The notes: generated from the sequence alone by a model not told the origin. 64,000 bases of DNA from Anaerolineales bacterium (GCA_963676155.2 CAXXOS010000003.1:18414-82413); one strand, 5' to 3'; positions 9,568-17,965 are shown, counted from the stretch's first letter. Numbers and translations: made by a program.

Positions 9568-10428
9568 TCAAGATTTTAATTTTTGATTTAAATCATTTAA
9601 ATTTTTTCTTGCATCAAGATATTTTTGCTCTTCTTCTTTTTCTGCTAGTTTTTTATCTAATATTATCTCGATAACATCTTTCATTATAGGGAAGTAATCA
9701 AGGCAAGTTTCTTCTGATAATTGATGAACTCCTAAACTTAAAATACTATATAGTGGCTGGAAAAGTTCAATAAGCTTTTTATCAAAATGGGATTCAAATA
9801 ATTTGACTTTTTCGCCAAATCTTTTTTTTATATATTTTTCCTCATCCCATTCTTTATTATTGTTCTTTTCTAACTCATGAATCTCTTCTATTAAATTTTC
9901 TAAAATTCTTCTCAAGTAAACAAAAGAACCTATGCCAATTCCGTGTGAAAATAAACCTATTGCACGATTTAAGTCTTTATAATCGTTAATTAAAACTTTT
10001 TGATACTTTTTTATATTAGCTTGAGAAATTGTTGCTATAGATGGAAATTGCCCTATTTTTTCTAAAAGAACTACATTATCAATAACTTCAATAATAAAAT
10101 AAAATATAAATTTTTTATTACACCTTTGACAGTAAGAATCAATTCTTTTTTCCGAATAGTTAATTTTATAGAAAATTAAATCAATAGATTGAATTGGAGT
10201 GACATTATCAATTTTTTCATCTGATAATTTATTATTATATACCGATAGTTTTGAATGAAAAATACTATTACTATTACATTTAGGATAGTGAGAGTCAAAG
10301 TAAAATTGTTGTCTTCCAATAATAATATTATTAATGCTTTTAATTTCATTAATTTGATTAATTTCTATTTGATTATATAGTCCAATATTAACTATTTTAT
10401 TAATTAAGTTTTGATCGTAGTAAGTCAT
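9568..10428 (-). CDS. Hypothetical cytoplasmic protein with a DUF4145-like helical C-terminal domain
   Basis: 286 aa with a strong RBS (AAGGAGTGGG, then 3 nt, then ATG). The C-terminal half (AIGLFSHGIGIGSFVYLRRILENLIEE ... YSILSLGVHQLSEETCLDYF) matches the DUF4145 helix pattern by eye. The N-terminal half has a CxxC (YCQRC). Confidence 0.5.
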   Translation of the reverse strand: MTYYDQNLINKIVNIGLYNQIEINQINEIKSINNIIIGRQQFYFDSHYPKCNSNSIFHSKLSVYNNKLSDEKIDNVTPIQSIDLIFYKINYSEKRIDSYCQRCNKKFIFYFIIEVIDNVVLLEKIGQFPSIATISQANIKKYQKVLINDYKDLNRAIGLFSHGIGIGSFVYLRRILENLIEEIHELEKNNNKEWDEEKYIKKRFGEKVKLFESHFDKKLIELFQPLYSILSLGVHQLSEETCLDYFPIMKDVIEIILDKKLAEKEEEQKYLDARKNLNDLNQKLKS

Positions 10429-10455
10429 TACCCACTCCTTAAAAATATATTAAAT

Positions 10456-10484
10456 ATTATATACTAATTGTAAATTGAATCCAA
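10456..10484 (-). promoter_or_regulatory. Predicted sigma-70 promoter of the 286-aa orphan gene
   Basis: On the minus strand: TTGGAT (10484-10479), 17-nt spacer, TATAAT (10461-10456), about 28 nt upstream of the ATG at 10428. Confidence 0.6.
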
Positions 10485-10486
10485 AT

Positions 10487-10515
10487 TTGACATTCACCCC
10501 AAACCCTGCTATAAT
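10487..10515 (+). promoter_or_regulatory. Perfect consensus sigma-70 promoter with no downstream ORF
   Basis: TTGACA (10487-10492), exactly 17 nt, TATAAT (10510-10515). It is divergent from the promoter above and their -35 boxes are 2 bp apart. Confidence 0.6.
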
Positions 10516-10541
10516 ACAGAACAAATATTCTAACGAATAAA

Positions 10542-10730
10542 TTGGACACTCAAAAAACAAACTGTCCAAAAATATGTTCAACCCTCATATATGGCGCTAA
10601 ACCTCACCTAAAACCCCTCGCACCCCCCATATACGCCATTTTGAAAATTGGACACCTGTCCAAAAAGTGTCCAAAAAGTGTCAAGCAAGTGTCCAAAAGT
10701 GTCCAAAAATAGGTTGACACTGTCAAAAAA
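10542..10730. repeat. Array of TGTCCAA/TTGGACA motifs: two palindromes plus five 10-11-bp phased direct repeats
   Basis: - TTGGACA-N14-TGTCCAA at 10542-10569.
- TTGGACA-CC-TGTCCAA at 10648-10663.
- TGTCC/TGTCA unit starts at 10657, 10668, 10679, 10690 and 10700, each followed by A4-5.
- TTGACA-C-TGTCAA at 10714-10726. Confidence 0.85.
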
Positions 10731-10754
10731 GGTCCCCCACATTTGCAGGAGACC
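10725..10754 (-). terminator. Intrinsic terminator of metE
   Basis: The minus-strand RNA forms GGUCUCC-ugcaaaugu-GGGGACC followed by U6 (plus-strand A-run 10725-10730), 22 nt after the metE stop. Confidence 0.7.
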
Positions 10755-10775
10755 TCATTATCAATTCCAAAAAAA

Positions 10776-13037
10776 TTATATTTCTGCGCGAATCTCCTTC
10801 ACCGCAGCGACCATGTTTTGCAAAGCGGGACGAACTTCTTCCCATCGGCGGGTTTTCAACCCACAGTCAGGGTTCACCCACAATTGACTCACAGGGAGCA
10901 CTTCCAATCGAGAGTTAATCTCTGCTTTTAGTTCAGCCATCGATGGCACTCTAGGAGAATGAATATCATAAACCCCCGGACCAATTTCATTCTGATAATT
11001 ATGATCACGGAAAATCTTCAACAACTCATTCCCACTTCTCGCAGTTTCAATCGTAATCACATCCGCATCCAATTCTTCAATCACATCAATAATTTCATTA
11101 AACTCGCTATAACACATATGCGTATGGATTTGCGTCTCGGGGTTTGCTGTGCTCACGGCTCGCTTAAAATTCTTCACAGCCCAATCTTCATAGTCAACCA
11201 CCTTTTCAGCGCGCAGCGGATAGCCTTCTTTAAAAGCAGCTTCATCCACTTGGATAATTTTAATCCCTGCTTTTTGCAAATCACTGACCTCATCTTTCAA
11301 AACCAATGCCAATTGCAAGGCAACCTCTGAGCGAGGCAGGTCTGTGCGCACAAAAGACCAATTCAAAATTGTGATCGGACCCGTCAACATCGCTTTCATC
11401 GGTTTGTCTGTTTTGCTTTGAGCATAGCGAATCCATTCCACCGTCATCGCTTCCGGATGGCTAATATCCCCAAAGATCACCGGCGGTTTCACACACCGGC
11501 TCCCATAACTCTGTACCCAGCCATTTTGAGTAAAATGAAACCCTTTCAGCAATTCCCCAAAATATTCAACCATATCATTCCGCTCTGGTTCACCATGCAC
11601 AAAAACATCCAACCCTGCTTCTTCTTGAAATGCAACACATTCATCAATATAAGCTTTCATTTGGGCTTGATACTCAGCCTCTGAAATCTTATTCTGGCGA
11701 TAAGAGCTTCTTGTTTTGCGTAATTCGACCGTTTGTGGAAAACTTCCAATCGTAGTAGTGGGTAAGATGGGCAAGTTTAATGCTTTCTTCTGAATCTGGA
11801 TTCGATCTTCAAACTTTGCACTTCGCTCTGTTCCTAAATCAATTTTCATTCGGAAGCGGATCACAGAATTATGAATCATCTCATCCGATTTTTTCGCTGC
11901 CAGCACATTTCTTCGCTCAAGCAAGAGTGCTTCTTCATCTTCTGAGAGCTCTTTTTTGCCTGTAACATGGCTCAAAAATGTTAATTCTGCCAATTTTTCT
12001 TTCCCAAAAGCCAACCAATTTTTCACCATAGACTCGGGTTCATTCTCAATCGTATAAGGCACATGCAACAAAGAACAACTTGTGGAAAGATAGATTTGAT
12101 CCGCAGGGATAGAGTTCGTTAATTGAGTCAACAAGCTCAACGACGCATCATACTCATTTAACCAAATATTTCGCCCGTCTATCACCCCAGCGATCAAAAC
12201 CTTTTCATTAAAATCTTGCAACACATCTATATTTTCTTTGCCATACACAAAATCTAACCCAATCCCCCATACCGGTGTCTTAACTAAAACTCGAACCGCT
12301 TCACTAGCATGTTCAAAATAAGTCACCACTGCCACCCGCACATTTTCACTCACACTTGCCAAACGTTGGTAACTAGTGTTCAATCGTTCAGCCATAGCTG
12401 TGTCTACCCCCTTCACCAAAACAGGTTCATCAAATTGCACTGTCACACATTCGTCCCAGTTGGCGACTTCTTTCAGCAATTCGGTATAAACATCCAAAAC
12501 AGCGGGTAAATAATCAAACACATCAGAATTATCCGTTGTTTTTGAAAGAGCCAAGAAGGTCAATGGACCGATCAAATTGATTTTCCCATTAATCCCCAAA
12601 GCCTTTGCTTCTTGAAACTCTTGCTTCACTTTTTTTGCATCCAGTATTAATTTTATTTCTCTATTCAACTCAGGCACCAAATAATGATAATTCGTATTGA
12701 ACCATTTGGTCATTTCCATGGCAGGGACATCATCATTCCCCCGGGCCATTGCAAAATAGCGTGCCAGCTCATCATCAATTTGCTTAAACCGAGCAGGCAC
12801 TGCATTTAACAACACAGCGGCATCCAACATAGTGTCATAATAGCTAAAATCGTTGATAGAGATTAAATCAATTCCGGCATTCTGTTGGGTTAGCCAATGT
12901 TTTTTGCGCAAGGTTTGCGCAGTTTCTTCTAGGGCATCTTGGCTTATTTTCCCCCGCCAAAAATTTTCCAAAGCTCTTTTGAGCTCGCGGTTTTCTCCAA
13001 TCCGAGAAAAACCAGTTACATAAGTCTTAAATGTCAT
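10776..13037 (-). CDS. metE: Cobalamin-independent methionine synthase
   Basis: About 753 aa. The N-terminus MTFKTYVTGFSRIGENRELKRALENFW and the C-terminal Zn/homocysteine region (HTHMCYSEF, CGLKTR) are collinear with MetE. The ATG at 13037 sits 6 nt after AAGGAG. The track start (TTG at 13064) lies inside the leader. Confidence 0.95.
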   Translation of the reverse strand: MTFKTYVTGFSRIGENRELKRALENFWRGKISQDALEETAQTLRKKHWLTQQNAGIDLISINDFSYYDTMLDAAVLLNAVPARFKQIDDELARYFAMARGNDDVPAMEMTKWFNTNYHYLVPELNREIKLILDAKKVKQEFQEAKALGINGKINLIGPLTFLALSKTTDNSDVFDYLPAVLDVYTELLKEVANWDECVTVQFDEPVLVKGVDTAMAERLNTSYQRLASVSENVRVAVVTYFEHASEAVRVLVKTPVWGIGLDFVYGKENIDVLQDFNEKVLIAGVIDGRNIWLNEYDASLSLLTQLTNSIPADQIYLSTSCSLLHVPYTIENEPESMVKNWLAFGKEKLAELTFLSHVTGKKELSEDEEALLLERRNVLAAKKSDEMIHNSVIRFRMKIDLGTERSAKFEDRIQIQKKALNLPILPTTTIGSFPQTVELRKTRSSYRQNKISEAEYQAQMKAYIDECVAFQEEAGLDVFVHGEPERNDMVEYFGELLKGFHFTQNGWVQSYGSRCVKPPVIFGDISHPEAMTVEWIRYAQSKTDKPMKAMLTGPITILNWSFVRTDLPRSEVALQLALVLKDEVSDLQKAGIKIIQVDEAAFKEGYPLRAEKVVDYEDWAVKNFKRAVSTANPETQIHTHMCYSEFNEIIDVIEELDADVITIETARSGNELLKIFRDHNYQNEIGPGVYDIHSPRVPSMAELKAEINSRLEVLPVSQLWVNPDCGLKTRRWEEVRPALQNMVAAVKEIRAEI

Positions 13038-13040
13038 CAT

Positions 13041-13170
13041 ATACTCCTTTTGTTTACGCGACAAAACGAATTTTTAGCTTTTCTGAGTATCGGACTTAAG
13101 TTTTGAACTATATACCGTAGCGCGACTGTGCCTGATTCTCACAGGACTTCCTCATGATAAAAAGCTAACT
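13041..13170 (-). promoter_or_regulatory. Compact cobalamin (B12) riboswitch plus SD-sequestering expression platform in the metE leader
   Basis: - Minus-strand RNA: P1 is AGCUUUU (13166-13160) pairing with AAAAGCU (13082-13076).
- Core GGAAGUCCUGUGAGAAUCAGGCACAGUCGCGCUACGGUA matches the conserved GGGAA..GGUGNGAAUCC..GCAC.GUC.CGC.AC.GU core.
- It is followed by AAGUCCGAUACUCAG.
- The downstream helix CGUUUUGU/ACAAAAGG can occlude the AAGGAG SD. Confidence 0.7.
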
Positions 13171-13284
13171 CAATAGACAGTATTATAAATCAACAATATA
13201 AAAAAGAGCAGAGAGTCTTTAGATTGAATAATTTATATTTTTTAACCAAAATGTAACCTATTTGCTCCGAACTATGTTAAAATT

Positions 13285-14928
13285 ATGAGCATGACAAAGA
13301 AATTAAGAATTATACCCATAGGTGGGTCTGGTGAAGTCGGCAAGAACAGTACCGTCGTAGAATACGATAATCAAATTCTCATCGTCGACTCCGGAATTAT
13401 GTTCCCAGAAAACGACATGCTCGGGATTGACTATATTATTCCCGACTTTAACTATATTGTAGAAAATAAAGAAAAAGTAGTCGCAGTAGTAATCACACAC
13501 GGTCATGAAGATCACACAGGCTCCATTCGCCATTTGATGGAAGTCGTAGATGCCCCCATTTACGGCACCCCTCTCACACTTGGTTTGTTAGAAGTTAAAC
13601 TCGCGAAAGCAGACATGTTGGAACAAGTCCAACTCAATGTCGTCCATGCTGGCGATTCATTCACCGTCGGTGATTTCACCGTCGAACTGTGTCATGTCTG
13701 CCACTCCATCCCGGATGGCGTCGCACTAGGCATCACCACCCCCGCTGGGCTCATCGTCCACTCTGGGGACTATAAGTTCGACCATACCCCGGTAGACAAT
13801 TGGCCCACAGACTATGCCAAACTCGCCGAATGGTCTAAGCGTGGTGTGCTTGCGCTCCTCGCAGATAGCACCAACGCCGAACGACCTGGCTGGACTCCGT
13901 CTGAAAAGGTCATCGATGGCGCCCTCGACACCGTTTTCAAAAACGCAAAAGGTCGCATCATCGTTGCCACCTTTGCCTCCCTCATCTCCCGTATGGAGCA
14001 AGTAGGCAAAGCAGCTCAGCGCTACGGGCGAAAAATGGCCTTCGCGGGCTATTCAATGAAAGAAAATTCCAAGATGGCCATGCAACTCGGCTATCTCAAA
14101 ATTCCCAAGAAGACCATCGTCTCCTTAGAAAAAGCGCTCGAAATGCCGCCCTCCAAGGTCGTCATCATGGGCACTGGCTCTCAAGGCGAACCGTCTTCCA
14201 TCATGGGCCGTTTGGCTAGCGGGCGCAACAATATGTTTGATGTTGTCCCTGGGGACACCATCGTGCTTTCTTCTCATCCCATCCCGGGTAATGAAGAAAC
14301 CGTCTCCCGCACCATCAATCGCCTCATCCAAAAAGGTGCCAACATGATCTATGATCCCATCTTGCCCGTGCATGTCTCCGGACACGCCAGCCAAGAAGAG
14401 ATCAAGTTCCTCATTCATTTGGTCAAACCCAAACACCTCATTCCCATCCATGGTGAAGCGCGCCAATTGCGCCAACACGCCAACATGGCCGCTGAGCTTG
14501 GCATCCCGCGCGATCATATCGGTGAGGTCGAAAACGGCACCATCATTGAGTTTGAGAATGGCAAAATGGAGATTAAAGAACGTCTCCCCGGTGGCTACAT
14601 CTTCGTTGATGGCGCCAGCGTAGGCGAAACTGACTTCCGCATCATCCGCCAGAGAGAATCCCTCTCCCGCGCCGGTGTGGTCATCGTCAGTGCCTTAATC
14701 AACAAAGCCAGTGGGCGCACCATCCGCAAACCAGAGATCACCACGCACGGCTTTCAATATCAAGACGAAATGCAAGAACTGATGGAGAAGATCGTCAACG
14801 AAACCGAAGATATCCTTCGTATGAAACCTGATGATCCTGTCAAAACGGTTGAACGTGCAGTCAAAGGTCTCATCAGCAAAGAAATTCGTATCAAACCGAT
14901 CGTCTTTGCCGTCATTCAAGAAATCTAG
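13285..14928 (+). CDS. rnj: Ribonuclease J (beta-CASP metallo-beta-lactamase RNase)
   Basis: 547 aa with the HGHEDHTG motif, the beta-CASP region and VSGHASQEE. Confidence 0.9.
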   Translation: MSMTKKLRIIPIGGSGEVGKNSTVVEYDNQILIVDSGIMFPENDMLGIDYIIPDFNYIVENKEKVVAVVITHGHEDHTGSIRHLMEVVDAPIYGTPLTLGLLEVKLAKADMLEQVQLNVVHAGDSFTVGDFTVELCHVCHSIPDGVALGITTPAGLIVHSGDYKFDHTPVDNWPTDYAKLAEWSKRGVLALLADSTNAERPGWTPSEKVIDGALDTVFKNAKGRIIVATFASLISRMEQVGKAAQRYGRKMAFAGYSMKENSKMAMQLGYLKIPKKTIVSLEKALEMPPSKVVIMGTGSQGEPSSIMGRLASGRNNMFDVVPGDTIVLSSHPIPGNEETVSRTINRLIQKGANMIYDPILPVHVSGHASQEEIKFLIHLVKPKHLIPIHGEARQLRQHANMAAELGIPRDHIGEVENGTIIEFENGKMEIKERLPGGYIFVDGASVGETDFRIIRQRESLSRAGVVIVSALINKASGRTIRKPEITTHGFQYQDEMQELMEKIVNETEDILRMKPDDPVKTVERAVKGLISKEIRIKPIVFAVIQEI

Positions 14929-14954
14929 TCTGAAAGCAGAATAAGAAAGGTAAA

Positions 14955-14986
14955 CAAAAAGCTCTTCGAAATGAAGAGCTTTTTTT
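14955..14986. terminator. Bidirectional intrinsic terminator
   Basis: A5, then hairpin GCTCTTC-gaaat-GAAGAGC (14961-14979), then T7, between convergent rnj and the SIMPL gene. Confidence 0.85.
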
Positions 14987-15017
14987 ATCAAATTTAGGAA
15001 TCAGGTAGATCAAAAAT

Positions 15018-15755
15018 CTATTTCATTTCTACCCTCATCAACACGTTCACAGATATCTCAATCTCACCGGAAGAAACTGGGGTTCCACCACCACCGCCCA
15101 TGCCATAAGCGTTTTTCGCCATCACATCACCGGAGAGGGTATATCCACCACCATAAAGTGCGGTTGAAATGGAAAGTACTTCACCCAAGTCAGCATTCAC
15201 AGTATTTGCCATCACTTCCGCGCGGCTCATCCCGTTTTTGATTGCTTGTTCCAATACATCCGCATAGACTTCTTCCTTGTTAGAAAGATCGTAGGTGATC
15301 CCTTGCACATCGTTTGCGCCATTTTCCAAAACAGTGCTAATCACATCGCCCAACTTATCCAAATCACGTACCACCACAGAAACGGTGTTGGTCACGTTGT
15401 AATAAATATTGGTACGATTACCATCATCATCAAAGTTATAGTTTTGATAAACAAAGAAGTTGGATGTTTGAATGTCAGATCGTTCAATGCCCAATTCTTC
15501 CAACTTACCAAAAATCACATTCATAATCGCTGAGTTTTCTGCTTCAGCATCTGCAGCAGTCTTGTCATTGGTTTGCACACCCAAAGTGATGGTTGCAATA
15601 TCAGGTGCTTTATACTTAATCGCTTCACCATTCACTTCGATTGTTCGCACACCGTTGGTGTCGCCATCTTGTGCTTGCACAACTGTGTTCATGCCAAACG
15701 CACCCATAACAAGTGCAAAAAGTACTGCAATAATTAAAATATTTTTGTGTTTCAT
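15018..15755 (-). CDS. SIMPL/DUF541-domain secreted protein
   Basis: 245 aa with a signal peptide. The layout is typical of SIMPL (26-kDa periplasmic immunogenic protein-like) proteins, and a GGAG RBS is present. Confidence 0.6.
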   Translation of the reverse strand: MKHKNILIIAVLFALVMGAFGMNTVVQAQDGDTNGVRTIEVNGEAIKYKAPDIATITLGVQTNDKTAADAEAENSAIMNVIFGKLEELGIERSDIQTSNFFVYQNYNFDDDGNRTNIYYNVTNTVSVVVRDLDKLGDVISTVLENGANDVQGITYDLSNKEEVYADVLEQAIKNGMSRAEVMANTVNADLGEVLSISTALYGGGYTLSGDVMAKNAYGMGGGGGTPVSSGEIEISVNVLMRVEMK

Positions 15756-15878
15756 TTAAATCTCCTTTATGTAGGGTTAGTTATAGAACGATCAGATACC
15801 CCTAAAAGTTCCCAATTGGTTCATCATTAATTCTAATTTAAATTAATATTTTTTAAGATTAATACAGGTAGAGAAATG

Positions 15879-15907
15879 TTGCTTTTACTGAATAAATGTT
15901 CTATAAT
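15879..15907 (+). promoter_or_regulatory. Predicted sigma-70 promoter
   Basis: TTGCTT (15879-15884), 17 nt, TATAAT (15902-15907), 42 nt upstream of the ATG at 15949. The heptamer AAATGTT occurs three times around it. Confidence 0.5.
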
Positions 15908-15948
15908 GTGGAAGATAAAACAAATGTTCAGTAAAAAGGAGCAAAAAA

Positions 15949-16635
15949 ATGACCACCACCACCAAGTTTCAAACCAATTCTCAATCAATCAATGACAAAA
16001 GATCCCAAGCATTGGGGTTTTTGATCATCGGGGCGTTCATCGCTTTCGAAGTGTTCAACTTCAGCACCACAGATTTCGCCTTGCGCGACATCTTAGGGGA
16101 GCTGAAATTTTTAGGATTGCGCTGGTCCACCATGCTCGCACTTGCCTTCTGCGCAATTGATTTTGCTGGCTTGGCCAAACTCTTCACCCCAGAATCGAAC
16201 AAAGGTATGGTCAAAGAAACTTGGTTCTTATTTGCAGCGTGGTTCTTGGCAGCAGTGATGAATGCAATCCTCACCTGGTGGGGAGTCTCCGTGGCATTTG
16301 TCAACAATCTCTCCTTGGGTGCCACCATCATTTCCTATCAAACCATGCTCCGTGTCATCCCTGTGTTTGTAGCCGTCATGGTTTGGCTCGTACGTGTTTT
16401 GGTCATCAGCTCTCTTTCTCTCTCCGCCAACGCGTTGCTCGGCACCAAATCTGAAAACAAGATTGTCTTCAAAAAAGCAGATAAAGCAGAAAAGAAACCT
16501 GCTCAAAACCAACGGGTCTATCGCAAACCAATGCCTCAAACACCCGCCAAGTCCTATCCCCGTACGAACTATCGTAAAAACAACGCTCCTGTGCATGCAA
16601 AATCTGACACGAAGAATCAACAAATTTATTTCTAA
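15949..16635 (+). CDS. Hypothetical 4-5 TM membrane protein with a Lys/Arg/Pro-rich tail
   Basis: 228 aa with an AAAGGAG RBS, a hydrophobic core and a basic C-terminal 60 aa. No family was recognised. Confidence 0.5.
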   Translation: MTTTTKFQTNSQSINDKRSQALGFLIIGAFIAFEVFNFSTTDFALRDILGELKFLGLRWSTMLALAFCAIDFAGLAKLFTPESNKGMVKETWFLFAAWFLAAVMNAILTWWGVSVAFVNNLSLGATIISYQTMLRVIPVFVAVMVWLVRVLVISSLSLSANALLGTKSENKIVFKKADKAEKKPAQNQRVYRKPMPQTPAKSYPRTNYRKNNAPVHAKSDTKNQQIYF

Positions 16636-16656
16636 CTAGAATTTGTTTCACCTCCA

Positions 16657-16696
16657 AGAGCTTTTATCCACCAATAAAAGCTCTTTTTATTTTTTT
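16657..16696 (+). terminator. Intrinsic terminator
   Basis: Hairpin AGAGCTTTTA-tccaccaa-TAAAAGCTCT followed by a T-rich run. Confidence 0.8.
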
Positions 16697-16790
16697 AGAT
16701 CATGAAAATATTTTAAAGTGCAATTGCTTGAAGCCAATCAAACTTTTAGTTAAACTTAGAGAAACAAAACAAGAAGAGTGAAGAGGTAGT

Positions 16791-17366
16791 ATGAAACATA
16801 CAAAAGGCAGTATTGAAGTTATTTGTGGCCCCATGTATTGTGGGAAGACCGAAGAATTGATTCGCAGATTGTTCCGCGCGAAACTTGCCAAACAAAATGT
16901 GCAAGTCTTCAAACCCGTCATCGATGATCGTTATGGTGGCATCTTCAAGATTAGTTCACATTCTGGTTCAGAATTTGAAGCAATCCCCGTCAAAACATCT
17001 GATGAAATTAAAGCCAAGATTGAACCCAACACCACCGTTGTGGGGTTTGACGAAGTCCAATTTTTTGATGAAGGCATCCTCGATCTTGCCACCGAATTAG
17101 CCGATAGCGGTATTCGCGTTATAATCGCTGGGCTAGACCTCACCTTCACTGGCGAACCTTTTGGTGTCATGCCTCAATTAATGGCGGTTGCCGAAGAAGT
17201 CTCCAAGCTTTCTGCCATTTGCATGGTTTGTGGCGACCTTGCTTATCGTTCTCAACGCCTAGTCAACGGCAAGCCTGCGCATTATAATGACCCTATAATT
17301 ATTGTTGGTGCAAGTGAGATGTATGAAGCGCGTTGTCGCAACCATCACATTGTGCCAAAAGACTAA
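16791..17366 (+). CDS. tdk: Thymidine kinase
   Basis: P-loop GPMYCGKTEEL and a C-terminal Zn-ribbon (CMVCG ... ARCRNHH). Confidence 0.9.
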   Translation: MKHTKGSIEVICGPMYCGKTEELIRRLFRAKLAKQNVQVFKPVIDDRYGGIFKISSHSGSEFEAIPVKTSDEIKAKIEPNTTVVGFDEVQFFDEGILDLATELADSGIRVIIAGLDLTFTGEPFGVMPQLMAVAEEVSKLSAICMVCGDLAYRSQRLVNGKPAHYNDPIIIVGASEMYEARCRNHHIVPKD

Positions 17367-17398
17367 ATCATTGAGTATATTGAAGGACTAAAAAACAT

Positions 17399-17965
17399 AT
17401 GACAGATATCCCAGCATTAGACAAATTATTGAAATATAAACTAATAAATGAAGAAGATCTTCAAAAAAGAGTCAAAGAATTAGCAGCAGTTATCAATGAA
17501 GATTATGCCGGGGAAGAATTATTATTGATTTGCATTTTGCGCGGAGGAGTGATGTTTATGACTGACCTCATGCGTCATCTTACTGTGCCCAATGCAATTG
17601 ACTTCATGTCTGTTTCCTCCTATGGGGTTGGTGCTCGCGAAAGCACTGGCACAGTACGAATCACTTTAGATCTTCGCACAGATATTAAAGATAAAAATGT
17701 CATTTTAGTCGAAGATATTGTCGATAGCGGGAACACAGTCAAATCAGTTGTCGATATGCTCGAAATGCGTGACCCAAAATCAGTCAAGATTTGTTCCTTA
17801 TTAGATAAGATCGACCGCCGCACTGCAGATGTCAAGATCGACTATATAGGCTTCCAAATCCCTGATGAATTTGTTTTTGGCTATGGCCTTGATATAGATG
17901 AATACTATCGCAACCTACCCTATATCGGCGTTGCCAATCCTGATGTTTTTATCATGCCTGAATAA
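17399..17965 (+). CDS. hpt: Hypoxanthine-guanine phosphoribosyltransferase
   Basis: PRPP-binding motif NVILVEDIVDSGNT, the FVFGYGLDIDEYYRNLPYI motif, and a length of 188 aa. Confidence 0.9.
   Translation: MTDIPALDKLLKYKLINEEDLQKRVKELAAVINEDYAGEELLLICILRGGVMFMTDLMRHLTVPNAIDFMSVSSYGVGARESTGTVRITLDLRTDIKDKNVILVEDIVDSGNTVKSVVDMLEMRDPKSVKICSLLDKIDRRTADVKIDYIGFQIPDEFVFGYGLDIDEYYRNLPYIGVANPDVFIMPE

Noticed and set aside
10640-10730. Possible CRISPR array, because of regularly spaced repeats.
   Set aside because: The repeat units are only 10-11 bp and directly abut each other with no spacers. No cas genes are in the window. This is a tandem or phased motif array, not a CRISPR.
10542-10730. Possible replication origin or DnaA-box cluster.
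   Set aside because: The motif TGTCCAAAA/TTTTGGACA does not match the DnaA box TTATCCACA. No dnaA, dnaN or AT-rich unwinding element context is present, and gene orientation around it is mixed.
10648-10887. 79-aa plus-strand ORF from the track (MDTCPKSVQKVSSKCPKVSKN...).
   Set aside because: Its repetitive peptide is simply the translated DNA repeat. It has a TTG start with no RBS, and it runs through the metE terminator and antisense into metE.
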